From Myxococcota bacterium (GTDB taxonomy: Bacteria > Myxococcota_A > UBA9160 > UBA4427), in NCBI GenBank assembly GCA_965250285.1, contig OZ252299.1, forward strand, positions 3,776,001 through 3,840,000: a stretch of 64,000 bases of DNA. The letters are read 5' to 3'. Each line of letters opens with the position of its first letter. Within the stretch, counting starts at the first letter, position 1. Of this stretch, positions 9,195 through 19,175 are shown one piece after another. The notes below the pieces were generated by a model. The model saw nothing but the letters and a program-made list of their open reading frames with translations. It did no database searches and was not told where the DNA came from. A program made the translations under genes and the position numbers.

Positions 9195-9896
9195 ATGGCC
9201 AGCCGATCGACCTGCCTCATCACCGGCGTGGGCCCCGGCACGGGCTCGGCGCTCGTGCGCCGCTTCGCCGAGCAATACGAAGTGGTGATGATCGCCCGCG
9301 ATGGTGATCGCCTGCGGGCGCTCGAGCAAAGTGTGCCGGGCACCCACGCCTATCCACTCGACGTCACGGATCGCGAGGCAGTCGCACAGATGGCCGACGC
9401 CGTGCGCAACGCGCACGGCGCGCCGTCGATCGTCGTCCACAACGCCGTCGGCGGCGCCTTCGCCGAAGTGCTCGATGTCGACCCCGCGGTGCTACAGCGG
9501 AACTTCGAGATCAACACGATGGCGCTCCTGCAGCTGATCCAGACCTTCGGCCCGGCGATGGTCGAGTCAGGCCGCGGCAGCATTCTCGCGACGGGCAACA
9601 CTTCGGCCTACCGAGGGCGGGCGCGGTTCGCCGGTTTCGCGCCGACGAAAGCGGCGCAGCGCATCCTGCTCGAGTCGGCGGCGCGCTCGCTCGGTCCGAA
9701 AGGGGTGCACGTCGCCTTCGTCGCGATCGACGCCGTCATCGACGTGCCGTGGGCCCGTCAGGCCTTTGCGGACAAGCCCGACGCGTTCTTCGCGCGGCCG
9801 ATCGACATTGCCGACGAGTGCTATCACATCGCGCACCAACCCCGTTCGACCTGGACATTCGACGTCATGATTCGGCCCGACGGCGAGAATTGGTAG
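9195..9896 (+). CDS. Short-chain dehydrogenase/reductase
   Basis: TGVGPGTG Rossmann motif, HNA, and F-x-x-x-K (FAPTK) in place of YxxxK. GGAGGAG RBS upstream. Confidence 0.9.
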   Translation: MASRSTCLITGVGPGTGSALVRRFAEQYEVVMIARDGDRLRALEQSVPGTHAYPLDVTDREAVAQMADAVRNAHGAPSIVVHNAVGGAFAEVLDVDPAVLQRNFEINTMALLQLIQTFGPAMVESGRGSILATGNTSAYRGRARFAGFAPTKAAQRILLESAARSLGPKGVHVAFVAIDAVIDVPWARQAFADKPDAFFARPIDIADECYHIAHQPRSTWTFDVMIRPDGENW

Positions 9897-9986
9897 CGCT
9901 CGACGAAGGCGAACCCGAACTTCGGCGCCGCGCGACCGCTTGCCGCCCGCCTCGCCTTCGCTGACACTGCGGGCGGGAGGTGTCGC

Positions 9987-11351
9987 ATGCGCTTCGCGCG
10001 ACCCGGCCGGTTCGCCGTCGCTCTGTTCGTCTTGCTCACGAGTGGAGCGGCCGCGATCGCCGACGAAGAACCGGCCGCCGAAGCGAAGGGTGAGCCGTCG
10101 ACGACCGCGGCGCCGACCGTGCAGGCTGTCGACGTCGCCCCGGTCGAGCCGTCGCCGGGCGAGCCGACCGAGCCGACCGAGCCGACCGAGCCGACCGAGC
10201 CGCAGCAGAAGCATCGCCGACACATCCTGCCGATCAATCTGCATCTCGAGACCGATCGCATGCACGGGATCGAAGGCATCCACCTCGACGTCCCGCAGGT
10301 GGCGACCAAGGTCACGATCTCGGGCTTCATCAAGGCCGACCTCGTGCACGACTTCGCCGAGATGGGAAGCCTCGCGAAGTTCATTCCCGCAACGATCACG
10401 GTGCCCGGTGTCGATCAGGGGCAGACAACGTTCTCGGTCAATCCGTCCCGTCTGATCATCGGCTCCGCATCGGAGAAGGGACGCCGTCGACTCACCACGA
10501 TGTTCTCGATGGACATGTTCGCGAACGCAAACTCGCGCAGCCCTGCGCCACGGCTGCGCCAGGCGTTCGCCCAGCTCGACGGGCTGCTGTTCGGCGGCGG
10601 GATTCGCATCGGCCAGTCGTGGTCGACCTGGGACGACGTACCCGCTCTGCCCGAGACGCTCGACTTCGAGGGACCGAACGGATCGGATCAGACGCGGCAT
10701 CCACTGCTCCGCTGGATCCGCCCGATCGGTGAAGACTGGCTCATCTGGGCGGCCATCGAAGATCCACAGAGTTCGGTCGAAGGCCCGGGCGACCCCGAGG
10801 AGCAGACCCGATCGCCGGACGGCGTCTTGTCGATGCAGTACCAGCGCGCGGGCAGTCACATCAAGATCGCCGCAATCCTGCGCGACATCGGCGCCAGCGA
10901 CGGCGGCCCGACGGTGCACCAGTTCGGCTGGGGCGTGCAGTCGACCGGGCGCGTCTCGTTGCCGGGCCCGTTCGAGCGCGACGACGTTCGCTACCAGATC
11001 CAGTACGGACGCGGCATCGGTCGCTACATCAACGCCGGCCTCGCCGATGCCGTCGTTCAAGGCGCAGAGATCGAGGTCATCCCCTATTTCGCCGGCTACG
11101 TGGCGCTACGCCACTACTGGTTCGGTCAGCTGCGATCGACCGGCACCTTCGGCTGGGTCGAGGTCGACAACCAGTCGCTCCAGGACACCACGGCTCTCAG
11201 TCGGACACGGTACGCGTCGGTGAATCTCGTCTATTCACTCGCGAACTCGATCGACACCGGGATCGAAGGGCTCTGGGGCGAGCGCCGAAACCGCAACGGT
11301 CAGAGCGCCGACAACTGGCGGATCCAGTTCACGACGAAGGTCGGCTTCTGA
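9987..11351 (+). CDS. DcaP family trimeric outer membrane porin
   Basis: Signal peptide; ISGFIKADLVHDF, PRLRQAF, GQSWSTWDD, PETLDFEGP; C-terminal F. Confidence 0.85.
   Translation: MRFARPGRFAVALFVLLTSGAAAIADEEPAAEAKGEPSTTAAPTVQAVDVAPVEPSPGEPTEPTEPTEPTEPQQKHRRHILPINLHLETDRMHGIEGIHLDVPQVATKVTISGFIKADLVHDFAEMGSLAKFIPATITVPGVDQGQTTFSVNPSRLIIGSASEKGRRRLTTMFSMDMFANANSRSPAPRLRQAFAQLDGLLFGGGIRIGQSWSTWDDVPALPETLDFEGPNGSDQTRHPLLRWIRPIGEDWLIWAAIEDPQSSVEGPGDPEEQTRSPDGVLSMQYQRAGSHIKIAAILRDIGASDGGPTVHQFGWGVQSTGRVSLPGPFERDDVRYQIQYGRGIGRYINAGLADAVVQGAEIEVIPYFAGYVALRHYWFGQLRSTGTFGWVEVDNQSLQDTTALSRTRYASVNLVYSLANSIDTGIEGLWGERRNRNGQSADNWRIQFTTKVGF
10161..10202 (+). repeat. In-frame 9-bp tandem repeat (GAGCCGACC)x4 + GAGCCG, encoding EPT repeats
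   Basis: Read directly; lies in the low-complexity N-terminal linker of the porin. Confidence 0.9.
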
Positions 11352-11372
11352 GCGCTGCGAGCGCGACGCCGC

Positions 11373-13079
11373 TCAGCCTGCCGGCGTCTTGCTCACGACC
11401 CCGATGATGATCGGCCCCCAGAGCGTCAAGAACACGTTCGCCACCGCGTACGTGACCGTGAACGAAACGACGGGCGTGGCGTTGCCCGCCTTCTCGAGCA
11501 GCGCGGCGAAGCCCGGGTTTGCGCTTCGGCCGCCGGCGACGCACGCCAGAAGCTCGATCGGGTTCTGGATGCGCAACAGGTAGTACGAGACGAAGAAGAC
11601 GATGACCTGCGGAATCAGCGTCACGGCGACGCCGAGGAAGAAGAGCGTCGCGCCGTATTCCTGAATGCTCGTGAGCGCCTGGGGACCGGCCTTGATGCCG
11701 ACCACGCCCACGAACACCGCGAGCCCGAAATCGCGCAAGAAGTTCGACGCACCCGTCGGCAGCGCCGCAAAGCGCGGGTGGGTGCTGCGAAGCCAGCCGA
11801 AGAGCAGCCCCGAGAGCAGACAGCCGCCGCCCGAACCGATCGTGACGGGTACGCCTCCGATCTTGAAGCTGATCATGCCGATCAGCATGCCGAGAGTCAT
11901 ACCGATGCCGAAGAAGACGAAGTCGGTGACCGCCCCGGCCGGGATCTCGAAGCCGATCAGCGACCGAACGCGCGCCAGGTCGACCGGTCGACCGGTCAGA
12001 CGCAGCTCATCACCGCGATGCAGCTCGAGGCCGGGGAGCAGGGGCAGGTCGTGGCCCATGCGCGACACGCCGGTGAGAAACGCTCCGTGCCAGCGTTCGA
12101 CGTCCGACGACCGAAGCTGCGCGACGGTCTCGCCGTGCAGCTCCTTGTTCGTGAGGATGACCTCCATGTTCGCCTCGACGAGCTGAAAGCCATCGGGCGG
12201 ATCGACCTCGGGACCGATGCGCGACGGCAGGTCTTCGAGCAGGTGCACCTGCCCCGTCAGCGCAAGGATGTCGCCCACCCGAATCGGCGTGTCGTCCTGC
12301 AGCTCGACGGCCGCATCGTCTCGAATGATCGCCTCGACCGCCGCATCGGCGAGATCGGCGTCGACCTGCAGCGCCGTGCGACCGGCCGCGCTCGATGAGT
12401 CGGTCACGCGGTAGAAGCGGGTCTTGACGCGATGGACGGCGTCGAACTGACCGGGCTCGAGCTCGGCATCGCCCCCCGCCATCTTCTTCGCGAGGGCGAG
12501 GGCCTCCTTGCGGATGTCCCACCCCATGATCGTCGGGAAGAACCACGAGACCATGATGATCGGGCCGAGCGAGCCGAAGATGTAACAGACGGCATATCCG
12601 ACCGCGACGTTGGTCTCCATGATCTTCATCGCCGCGGGCGACACGTCGAGTCGCTCGATCGCCGAGCCGGCCGTGCCGATGATGGCCGACTGGGTGAGGC
12701 CCCCGGCCGCGAGCCCGGCCGCCATGCCCCGGTCGAGATCGAAGAGCCACGCAGCCGCGAGCACGGTGAACAGGCCGACCAGGCACATGAGGAAGGCCGA
12801 CACCAGCTGATTGAGCGACTTGCGGTTCAGCGATTGGAAGAACTGAGGCCCGCCCTGATAACCCACCGCATAGATGAAGAGCGCGAAGAAGACCGACTTG
12901 ATGCTCGAATCGATCGGCACGCCGAGCTGCCCGACGACGACGCCGACGAGCAGCGTGCCGGCGATGCCGCCCAGCACGAATCGACCGATCTTGATCTTGC
13001 CGACCAGATAGCCGAGCGCCAGCGTGACGAAGAGCGCGATCAGCGGCACTTCGTCGAAGAGTTGGTCGAGCCATTCCAT
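11373..13079 (-). CDS. aspT: Aspartate:alanine antiporter
   Basis: Two hydrophobic domains flanking TrkA_C-like domains; AAGGLTQSAIIG, GYAVCYIFG, YAVANVFLTLWGP. Directly downstream of aspD. Confidence 0.93.
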   Translation of the reverse strand: MEWLDQLFDEVPLIALFVTLALGYLVGKIKIGRFVLGGIAGTLLVGVVVGQLGVPIDSSIKSVFFALFIYAVGYQGGPQFFQSLNRKSLNQLVSAFLMCLVGLFTVLAAAWLFDLDRGMAAGLAAGGLTQSAIIGTAGSAIERLDVSPAAMKIMETNVAVGYAVCYIFGSLGPIIMVSWFFPTIMGWDIRKEALALAKKMAGGDAELEPGQFDAVHRVKTRFYRVTDSSSAAGRTALQVDADLADAAVEAIIRDDAAVELQDDTPIRVGDILALTGQVHLLEDLPSRIGPEVDPPDGFQLVEANMEVILTNKELHGETVAQLRSSDVERWHGAFLTGVSRMGHDLPLLPGLELHRGDELRLTGRPVDLARVRSLIGFEIPAGAVTDFVFFGIGMTLGMLIGMISFKIGGVPVTIGSGGGCLLSGLLFGWLRSTHPRFAALPTGASNFLRDFGLAVFVGVVGIKAGPQALTSIQEYGATLFFLGVAVTLIPQVIVFFVSYYLLRIQNPIELLACVAGGRSANPGFAALLEKAGNATPVVSFTVTYAVANVFLTLWGPIIIGVVSKTPAG

Positions 13080-13096
13080 GGAGAGCGTGCTCCTCG

Positions 13097-14689
13097 CTAC
13101 GACTTGCTGGTCTGCCAGCGTTCGTGGTACTCGGCCAGCAGCTCACTGATGCCGGTCCCGATCGCGGTGTACGCATCGTCTTCGAGATTCGCCAGCGAGA
13201 CGCGCACCGACATGTTCGGCGCGTCGAAGCCCCCGCCATCCATCAGCACGATCGACTTCTCCTCGGCGAGGCGCCACACGAAGTCGATCGCCTCGTTCTC
13301 GGCGACGAGCGCGTCGGCGAACGCCTGACCGTACCGTTCGGCGGCCAGCTTGGGGATGTCGATCGTCGTGTAGTAATGAGCGTCGAACGGCGTCTCGGGG
13401 TGCGGCACGCCCACGGCGGCGTAGAGCGCCTGAAAACGACTGATCACGACGTCTTGTGCGTGTTCTTTGTACACGCCCTCGCGGTCGGTCAGGCAGGCCA
13501 GCGAAAGCAGCACCATGAAGACCTGCTGGGGCGTCGACAACCCCGCCGTGTGATGCAGGGCCACCGTCCGGCTGTCGGCGACCATCCGGTCGATCAGCCG
13601 CGCCCCGTCTGGATCGAAGAAGACCGTGTGATAGCGCTCGTGCAGCGCCTTGCTGTCGCTCTCTGAAAGCGCCGCCACGGCGTCGTCGAGGATGTTGTCG
13701 CGCGCAATCCCGATCACGCCGAGCCGCCAGCCGGTCGCGCCGAAGTATTTCGAGTACGAGTAGACGAGGATCGTGTTGCGCGGTGCGATCGCGGCCAGCG
13801 ACCGGAACCCGTTCACGAACGTGCCATAAACGTCGTCAGTGAGGATGATGAGATCTTTGCGACGGGTCTCGACCAGCTCGCGGATCAGCTTGAGGGTCTC
13901 GGGGTGCATCGCGACCGAGGTCGGGTTCGATGGGTTCACGACGAAGAGCGCCTTGACCGACGGGTCGGCGAGCCGCTCGATCTGATCGGGCGCGTACCGC
14001 CAGCCCGATTCCTCGTCCTGGGTGATTTCGAGCTCGACGAACTCGAAGTCGTTGAGCAGCGGGATCTCGAGGTACGGCGTGAAGATCGGCACGCCCAGCG
14101 CGATCTTGTCGCCCTTGTGGAGGAGCTTGTTCTCCATCAGGGTGTTGAACACGTACGTCATCGCCGCCGTGCCGCCCTCGGTGGCGAACAGATCGAAGCC
14201 GCCCTTGGGCCACTGACCGCCCGCCATCTCCTGAGCCAGGTACGCGTCGACGATCCGCTCACTGCACTCGAGCATGCGATCGGGCACGGGATAGTGGTCA
14301 CCGAGGATGCCGTCGACCATCTCGCGCACGAAGTCGGCGGCGTCGATCGACAAGTCGTCTCGCACGAAATCGAGCGAGCGGCGCAGGAGATCGACGCCCG
14401 GCTGCCTCGCGTTCTCGCCGAGGAACGCCTCGAACCGCTCGACCATGCCGTCGCTGTTCGGCGTCCCACCGATGCCGGGCCGAATGGGCACGCGCTCCGA
14501 CTCGGTGATGGCGAAGCGACCCAGCTCGAAGTAGGCGCTCCGCGGCTCGAGTGCGACCCAGTTCGGGTTGCCGCGCCCGGCATTGAGCATCATCCGCTCC
14601 GAGTGCGACTGGGCCATCTCGATCAGCTTGTTCTTGATCTCGAATGGGCTCAGCTGCTCGTATCGCTGCTCTTCGGATCGACTCGCCAT
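13097..14689 (-). CDS. aspD: L-aspartate 4-(beta)-decarboxylase, PLP-dependent
   Basis: LSPFEIKNKL, LNAGRGNPNW, FATEGGTAAM, TDDVYGTF, and the PLP-lysine motif YSYSKYFGATGWRLG. Confidence 0.95.
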   Translation of the reverse strand: MASRSEEQRYEQLSPFEIKNKLIEMAQSHSERMMLNAGRGNPNWVALEPRSAYFELGRFAITESERVPIRPGIGGTPNSDGMVERFEAFLGENARQPGVDLLRRSLDFVRDDLSIDAADFVREMVDGILGDHYPVPDRMLECSERIVDAYLAQEMAGGQWPKGGFDLFATEGGTAAMTYVFNTLMENKLLHKGDKIALGVPIFTPYLEIPLLNDFEFVELEITQDEESGWRYAPDQIERLADPSVKALFVVNPSNPTSVAMHPETLKLIRELVETRRKDLIILTDDVYGTFVNGFRSLAAIAPRNTILVYSYSKYFGATGWRLGVIGIARDNILDDAVAALSESDSKALHERYHTVFFDPDGARLIDRMVADSRTVALHHTAGLSTPQQVFMVLLSLACLTDREGVYKEHAQDVVISRFQALYAAVGVPHPETPFDAHYYTTIDIPKLAAERYGQAFADALVAENEAIDFVWRLAEEKSIVLMDGGGFDAPNMSVRVSLANLEDDAYTAIGTGISELLAEYHERWQTSKS

Positions 14690-15106
14690 CGTGCTCTCCT
14701 TCGCTTCACCGCCGCGCGTGCGCCTGGGGGCGCGCTCGCCACGATTCTACTGCGTCCGCCGTCGGCGGTCGGCGGAGCCGGCCGCGATCCCACAGCTCGC
14801 GCCCGCGCGCAACGCTTGGCTGCGAGGCGTGCGGGAACGAACGCGCCGAGCCGAAGCCCTGGTCGTCCAGATTCGAGACCGGGGTGGCGGGTGCTCGCGC
14901 CAGCGTGAGCCGCGTGCCGCATGACTGTGACTCGACCGAAACAGGTCGCAGCGTCGACGCGAAACCGTCGATCCCCGACCGTGCGGCTCGCTCCCCCCAG
15001 CGCATCTCGATCGGCCGATCGGTGATCCACCGGCCGCCTGCGAGCGCTGAGCCACCTCGCCTTCAGTCTCGAGCACCCCCGCCGATGAGATATGGCAGGA
15101 GGAATC

Positions 15107-15829
15107 ATGCTGCTCGGCCTGGGCGTTCTCATCCAGATCGCGGTCGATCTCTGGATCGGCACGAAGCTGCTGTTGCTCGCCCGGCGAACCCGCGGCTTGC
15201 CCGAGCTCGGCTTCGGTCTCTGCCTCTTGCTCTTCGGTGGCATCGGCATGCCGCTGGCGGTGGTCGCGCGGGCCGCCGCGGCCGACGCGCCCGCGCTCGG
15301 GCACGGCCTCCTGACTCTGGCCCTGGGTCTCGAGAACGCGGGCAGCTTCGCCCTCTTCGTCGCGACGTGGAAGGTCTTTCGACCCGACTCGAGCATCGCG
15401 CGCGCCTTCGTCTGGCTTGCCGCGGCGGCGTTCGTCGTCTCGACCCCGGTCAGCGGCAGCGACGGCGGCCTGCTGTACTGGCTCGGCTGCGCCTTTCGCG
15501 GGCTCGCCTTCTTCTGGAGCGCGACCGAGTCGATCCGGTACGGCGCGATGCTTCGCAGGCGTCGGGCTCTGGGGCTCGCCGAGCCCATCGTCGTCCAGCG
15601 CATGGCACTCTGGGCGCTGTCGTGCACGGCGTGCTCGATCGGCTTTCTCGTCTTCGTCGGCGTTCGCGCGTTGGGCGTCGACCCCAACGTCGCGCCCGTC
15701 ATGATCGTGCAGTCGACCGTCGCCACGATCAGCGGCGCAGCGCTGTGGCTCGCCTTTGCGCCGCCGGCCTGGTACCGGGCGCGGTTCGCCGGCCTGTCGA
15801 CTTCGGCGGGATCCACGGCGCCCCGCTGA
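15107..15829 (+). CDS. Hypothetical multi-pass (about 7 TM) membrane protein
   Basis: Repeated hydrophobic segments. AGGAGG precedes the ATG at 15107; alternative start at 15092. Confidence 0.7.
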   Translation: MLLGLGVLIQIAVDLWIGTKLLLLARRTRGLPELGFGLCLLLFGGIGMPLAVVARAAAADAPALGHGLLTLALGLENAGSFALFVATWKVFRPDSSIARAFVWLAAAAFVVSTPVSGSDGGLLYWLGCAFRGLAFFWSATESIRYGAMLRRRRALGLAEPIVVQRMALWALSCTACSIGFLVFVGVRALGVDPNVAPVMIVQSTVATISGAALWLAFAPPAWYRARFAGLSTSAGSTAPR

Positions 15830-15852
15830 GCCGCCCGCGCCTCGCAACCGAG

Positions 15853-17154
15853 CTAGTCGGCGCCTCGCCCATCTTCCGAATCGACGCCGAAGCGGGTCTG
15901 GTACCGCTCGAAGGCCGCCCGTAGCTCGGCGCGATCGTGGCCGGGGAGCATGCGATCGTACGCATGGGCGCCGCGGGCATCGGCACGCGCTTGGCCGAAC
16001 ACGCTCGACATGGCGTTCTCGATGCCGTGGCCGAGCTCGAGCCCGAACTGTGCGTAGAGCTCCCGCACCGTCGCGATCGGATCGGAGCCGAAATCGCTGA
16101 ACAGGCTGTGGTGGACTTGCGGCGCGGGCAGCGTGCCGGCGTCGTGCCAGTCGACCAGGCGATCGAACGTTCCTCGGTAGCGCGCGACGTGTTCGTCGAC
16201 GATCGCCTGGACATCGACCTCGTCGGTATACGCCCACCGAAGCGTCGCGATCAGGCTGGTCAGCGACGCGAGCAGCGTCAACGGATCGCGGTGCGTGATC
16301 GCGACCCGAGCGTCGGGGTAGGTCTCGAAGAGCGTTGGCAGCGAGTGCAGATGCACGGGGCTCTTCAGCACCCAACGCGTACCGGGGCGCCCTCGCTGCA
16401 AGACCTGTAGCACCAGTCGATGCATCCGGTAGGCGGGCGTCATGTCGCAGTCGAAGAGCCAGGCGGCGTAGCTCGGGATCGCGTAGCGCGCCGTGAACTC
16501 TTCGGATTGGAACGCGAAGGACATCGCCGACAAACACTCCTTCGGCTTGCGCCCCCCGTACTCGTGGATCGACCGCAGGCCCTGAACGACGCTCTGCGCC
16601 GCGACGAGCTCGCGATCGGCGAGCTCGATGCGCGGGTCGTCGACCGCAGCGCGCGTCGCCCCCGGCGAAGGCGCCGGGCGAAGGAGCTCCCAGCCGAGCG
16701 GCACGCGGTGTCGATCGTCCGCCGCGAGCATGTCGAAGAGGATCGTGGTGCCAGTGCGCGGCGCGCCGGCGACGATGAGGGGACGTTCGATCTCTTCGTC
16801 GACTACGCCCGGGTCTTCGTCGATCTTGCGCATCAGCTGGGTGCGCACCTCGAGCAGGCGCAAGACGAACCGCCGGGTCAGCACGCGACCGATCGACGTC
16901 AGCGAGGCCTCGCGGTCGATGGCTTCGAGCAGTCGCTCGAGGTGGCTCGTCACGGCATCGGCCTCGAACCCCGGGCGGCCCAGGGCTCGGTCGATCGCAT
17001 CGGCCGAGGCGCCATCGAGCCCCTGCCTCGCCAACGCCTCGCGTACGAGCGCGTCACGATCGAGCGACAGCGCCGCCTCTTCGGCGATCGGCCCCTCGGT
17101 CGAGGCGTTCGCGGCGCGCACCCACTCGGGCCTTTCGGGCGGCTGCCAGCTCAT
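15853..17154 (-). CDS. Sulfotransferase family protein
   Basis: 5'-PSB loop GAPRTGTT, WVLKSPVH, and 3'-PB motif HRDPLTLLAS. Confidence 0.9.
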   Translation of the reverse strand: MSWQPPERPEWVRAANASTEGPIAEEAALSLDRDALVREALARQGLDGASADAIDRALGRPGFEADAVTSHLERLLEAIDREASLTSIGRVLTRRFVLRLLEVRTQLMRKIDEDPGVVDEEIERPLIVAGAPRTGTTILFDMLAADDRHRVPLGWELLRPAPSPGATRAAVDDPRIELADRELVAAQSVVQGLRSIHEYGGRKPKECLSAMSFAFQSEEFTARYAIPSYAAWLFDCDMTPAYRMHRLVLQVLQRGRPGTRWVLKSPVHLHSLPTLFETYPDARVAITHRDPLTLLASLTSLIATLRWAYTDEVDVQAIVDEHVARYRGTFDRLVDWHDAGTLPAPQVHHSLFSDFGSDPIATVRELYAQFGLELGHGIENAMSSVFGQARADARGAHAYDRMLPGHDRAELRAAFERYQTRFGVDSEDGRGAD

Positions 17155-17167
17155 CGCGACACGCGCT

Positions 17168-18340
17168 TCACGTGCGAAATCTCCAGGCCAGGTGGGCTCG
17201 GCGCGCGGCGATCGCCTGCTCGCGCTCCGACGCCGTCACGACGGGCGTCTCGGGGGGCAACGACGCTCTGACGCCATCGATCGCGACGACCCGGGTCGTC
17301 ATCGGCGGGTCCCCATTCGACCAGAACCAACGAGCCGTCAGCAACCCTTCCACGTGACCGCCGACGTCGAGCCAGTTCGGCACGCCGGGATCGGTGTGCG
17401 CGAGCACGAACCGCGCGCGACCGTCGTCATCGATGAACACCTGACGGTGGTTGATCGACGTGACCCGGTGCACGGGGTCGATCGGCGCGAACCAGCCGAG
17501 CCGCGCGAGCTGCATCCCCCAGTAGCGGGCATCGGGCACGTCGGTCTCGACGATCAGCGCTTCATCAGGCCGCAGCGCCCAGAATAGAAACGCGTACCGG
17601 GCCGCCGAGAGCCCCTTTGCCACCTGCCCCTCGATCAGGAACGCGTTCGCCGGCGCCTTCGCCTTGCGCTCGCGCAGATAGTCGTTCCAGCCGATCAGCG
17701 AGCGTTCGGTCTGCTCGAGAGCATGGTCGATCTGCGAAGCGAGCTCTTCGCCGCTGCGAGGCCGAGGTGGGTCGGGGTCGAGGCACTCGATCGTGAACAC
17801 CGCGGGCTCGATCGGCTGCCACTCGGTGTAGTACTCGCGCAACGAGACCGTCGTCACCTCGGGCGGGATCTCGATGCACGCGGGATCGCCACCGTCGCCG
17901 CCGAGGAGGATCTCGAAGCGATCGCCCTGCTCGATGCCGAGCTCGACCGAAGACCGCGAAGCTTTGGTTCCCCACTCGGGCATGTGCATGAAGCCGACAC
18001 GCAGGGTCAGTGCGAAGTGCTCACAACCTCGCATCTCGCCGCGAATGCGATAGCGACGCGACGGATCGATTCGCGCGTGCCGGTACGTGTTGTCCTGGTT
18101 CGGACCGCCCCAGGGCGTGAAAAGATCGTTCGAGCGGTGGAAAAACGGCGCGGCCGGATCGGCGTGGCTGATCGACCACCCGAGCCAACATGATACCTGG
18201 GCAGCCAGGTGCGCGATGCCCTCTGTCGGCGCGTCCGCGGTGTCGGGAAAATCGTCTTCGAGGATCCGAGTCCCGAGCGCCTCCATCTTGCGACAGAAGC
18301 GCTGCCAGGCGACCACCTCGGGCCGTTCGTCGTCGTCCAC
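17168..18340 (-). CDS. DUF1214-type protein (sulfotransferase-associated)
   Basis: WGGPNQDNTYRHARID...YRIRG, REYY, DGRARFVLAHTDPGVPNWLD. GGAGG precedes the GTG at 18340. Confidence 0.8.
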   Translation of the reverse strand: MDDDERPEVVAWQRFCRKMEALGTRILEDDFPDTADAPTEGIAHLAAQVSCWLGWSISHADPAAPFFHRSNDLFTPWGGPNQDNTYRHARIDPSRRYRIRGEMRGCEHFALTLRVGFMHMPEWGTKASRSSVELGIEQGDRFEILLGGDGGDPACIEIPPEVTTVSLREYYTEWQPIEPAVFTIECLDPDPPRPRSGEELASQIDHALEQTERSLIGWNDYLRERKAKAPANAFLIEGQVAKGLSAARYAFLFWALRPDEALIVETDVPDARYWGMQLARLGWFAPIDPVHRVTSINHRQVFIDDDGRARFVLAHTDPGVPNWLDVGGHVEGLLTARWFWSNGDPPMTTRVVAIDGVRASLPPETPVVTASEREQAIAARRAHLAWRFRT

Positions 18341-18389
18341 GCGTCCTCCCGATACCGACTCGGCGCGCGCCGCGGGGCACACGCGGGCT

Positions 18390-19175
18390 TCAAGCCCGCA
18401 TCACGCCCCCACCGTCGACCATCAACGTCTGTCCGGTCAGATACTGGCTGGCGTCCGACAAGAGAAAGGTGATCACCGGAGCGATGTCGGCTTCGGGATC
18501 CCCATCGCGACCGAGCGGATGATCGGCATACATCTCGGCGAATGCAGCCGCGCGATCGCCGTCGTCGTCGCCGACCGGCATGCGATGGGCGACCGATGCG
18601 GGGCAGACGCAATTGACCGTCACGCCGTACTCGCCCCACTCGCGGGCTGCACTGCGCGTCAGGGATCGAACGCCTTCCTTCGCCGCCGAATACGGGCCGT
18701 ACCCGGGCGCTCCCGTCAGGCCCATGGCCGAGCCCATCGTCACGATGCGGCCCCGACCGAGCGTCCGCATGTGTGGCAGCACCGCCTGCATCAGCCAGAG
18801 CGTGCCTTTCGGCCCCGTATCGAGCACCGTGTCGAAGTCATCCTCCGTCACTTCGGCCAGCGGCGTCACGGGTCGCAGCGACTGCGCGTTCGCGACGAGA
18901 CCGTCGATCTTGCCGAAGGCCTCGACGGTGGCGGCGGCGACGGCTCGACACGCGCCTCGTTCGCCGACGTTCGACGCGAAGACGCGAAACGGAGCGCCCA
19001 TCGCGCTGAGCTCGTCGGCGATCGCGTCGAGGCGCGCCTGCTTGCGCCCCGTCACCATCAGTTCGACGCCGGCACGAGCGAGCACGCGGGCAATGCCGAG
19101 ACCGATGCCCCGGGTGCCGCCCGTCAGAATCACGGTGCGCCCTTCGAGATCGGTGGGCATCTTCGAATCGATCAT
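18390..19175 (-). CDS. Short-chain dehydrogenase/reductase
   Basis: TGGTRGIG, NA, YSAAK, GVTVNCVCP, VDGG. The start overlaps the stop of the upstream gene. Confidence 0.92.
   Translation of the reverse strand: MIDSKMPTDLEGRTVILTGGTRGIGLGIARVLARAGVELMVTGRKQARLDAIADELSAMGAPFRVFASNVGERGACRAVAAATVEAFGKIDGLVANAQSLRPVTPLAEVTEDDFDTVLDTGPKGTLWLMQAVLPHMRTLGRGRIVTMGSAMGLTGAPGYGPYSAAKEGVRSLTRSAAREWGEYGVTVNCVCPASVAHRMPVGDDDGDRAAAFAEMYADHPLGRDGDPEADIAPVITFLLSDASQYLTGQTLMVDGGGVMRA

Noticed and set aside
14690..15100. Long intergenic gap examined for a riboswitch or sRNA
   Set aside because: No recognisable RNA motif; only a possible TAGAAT -10 box on the minus strand at 14744-14749.
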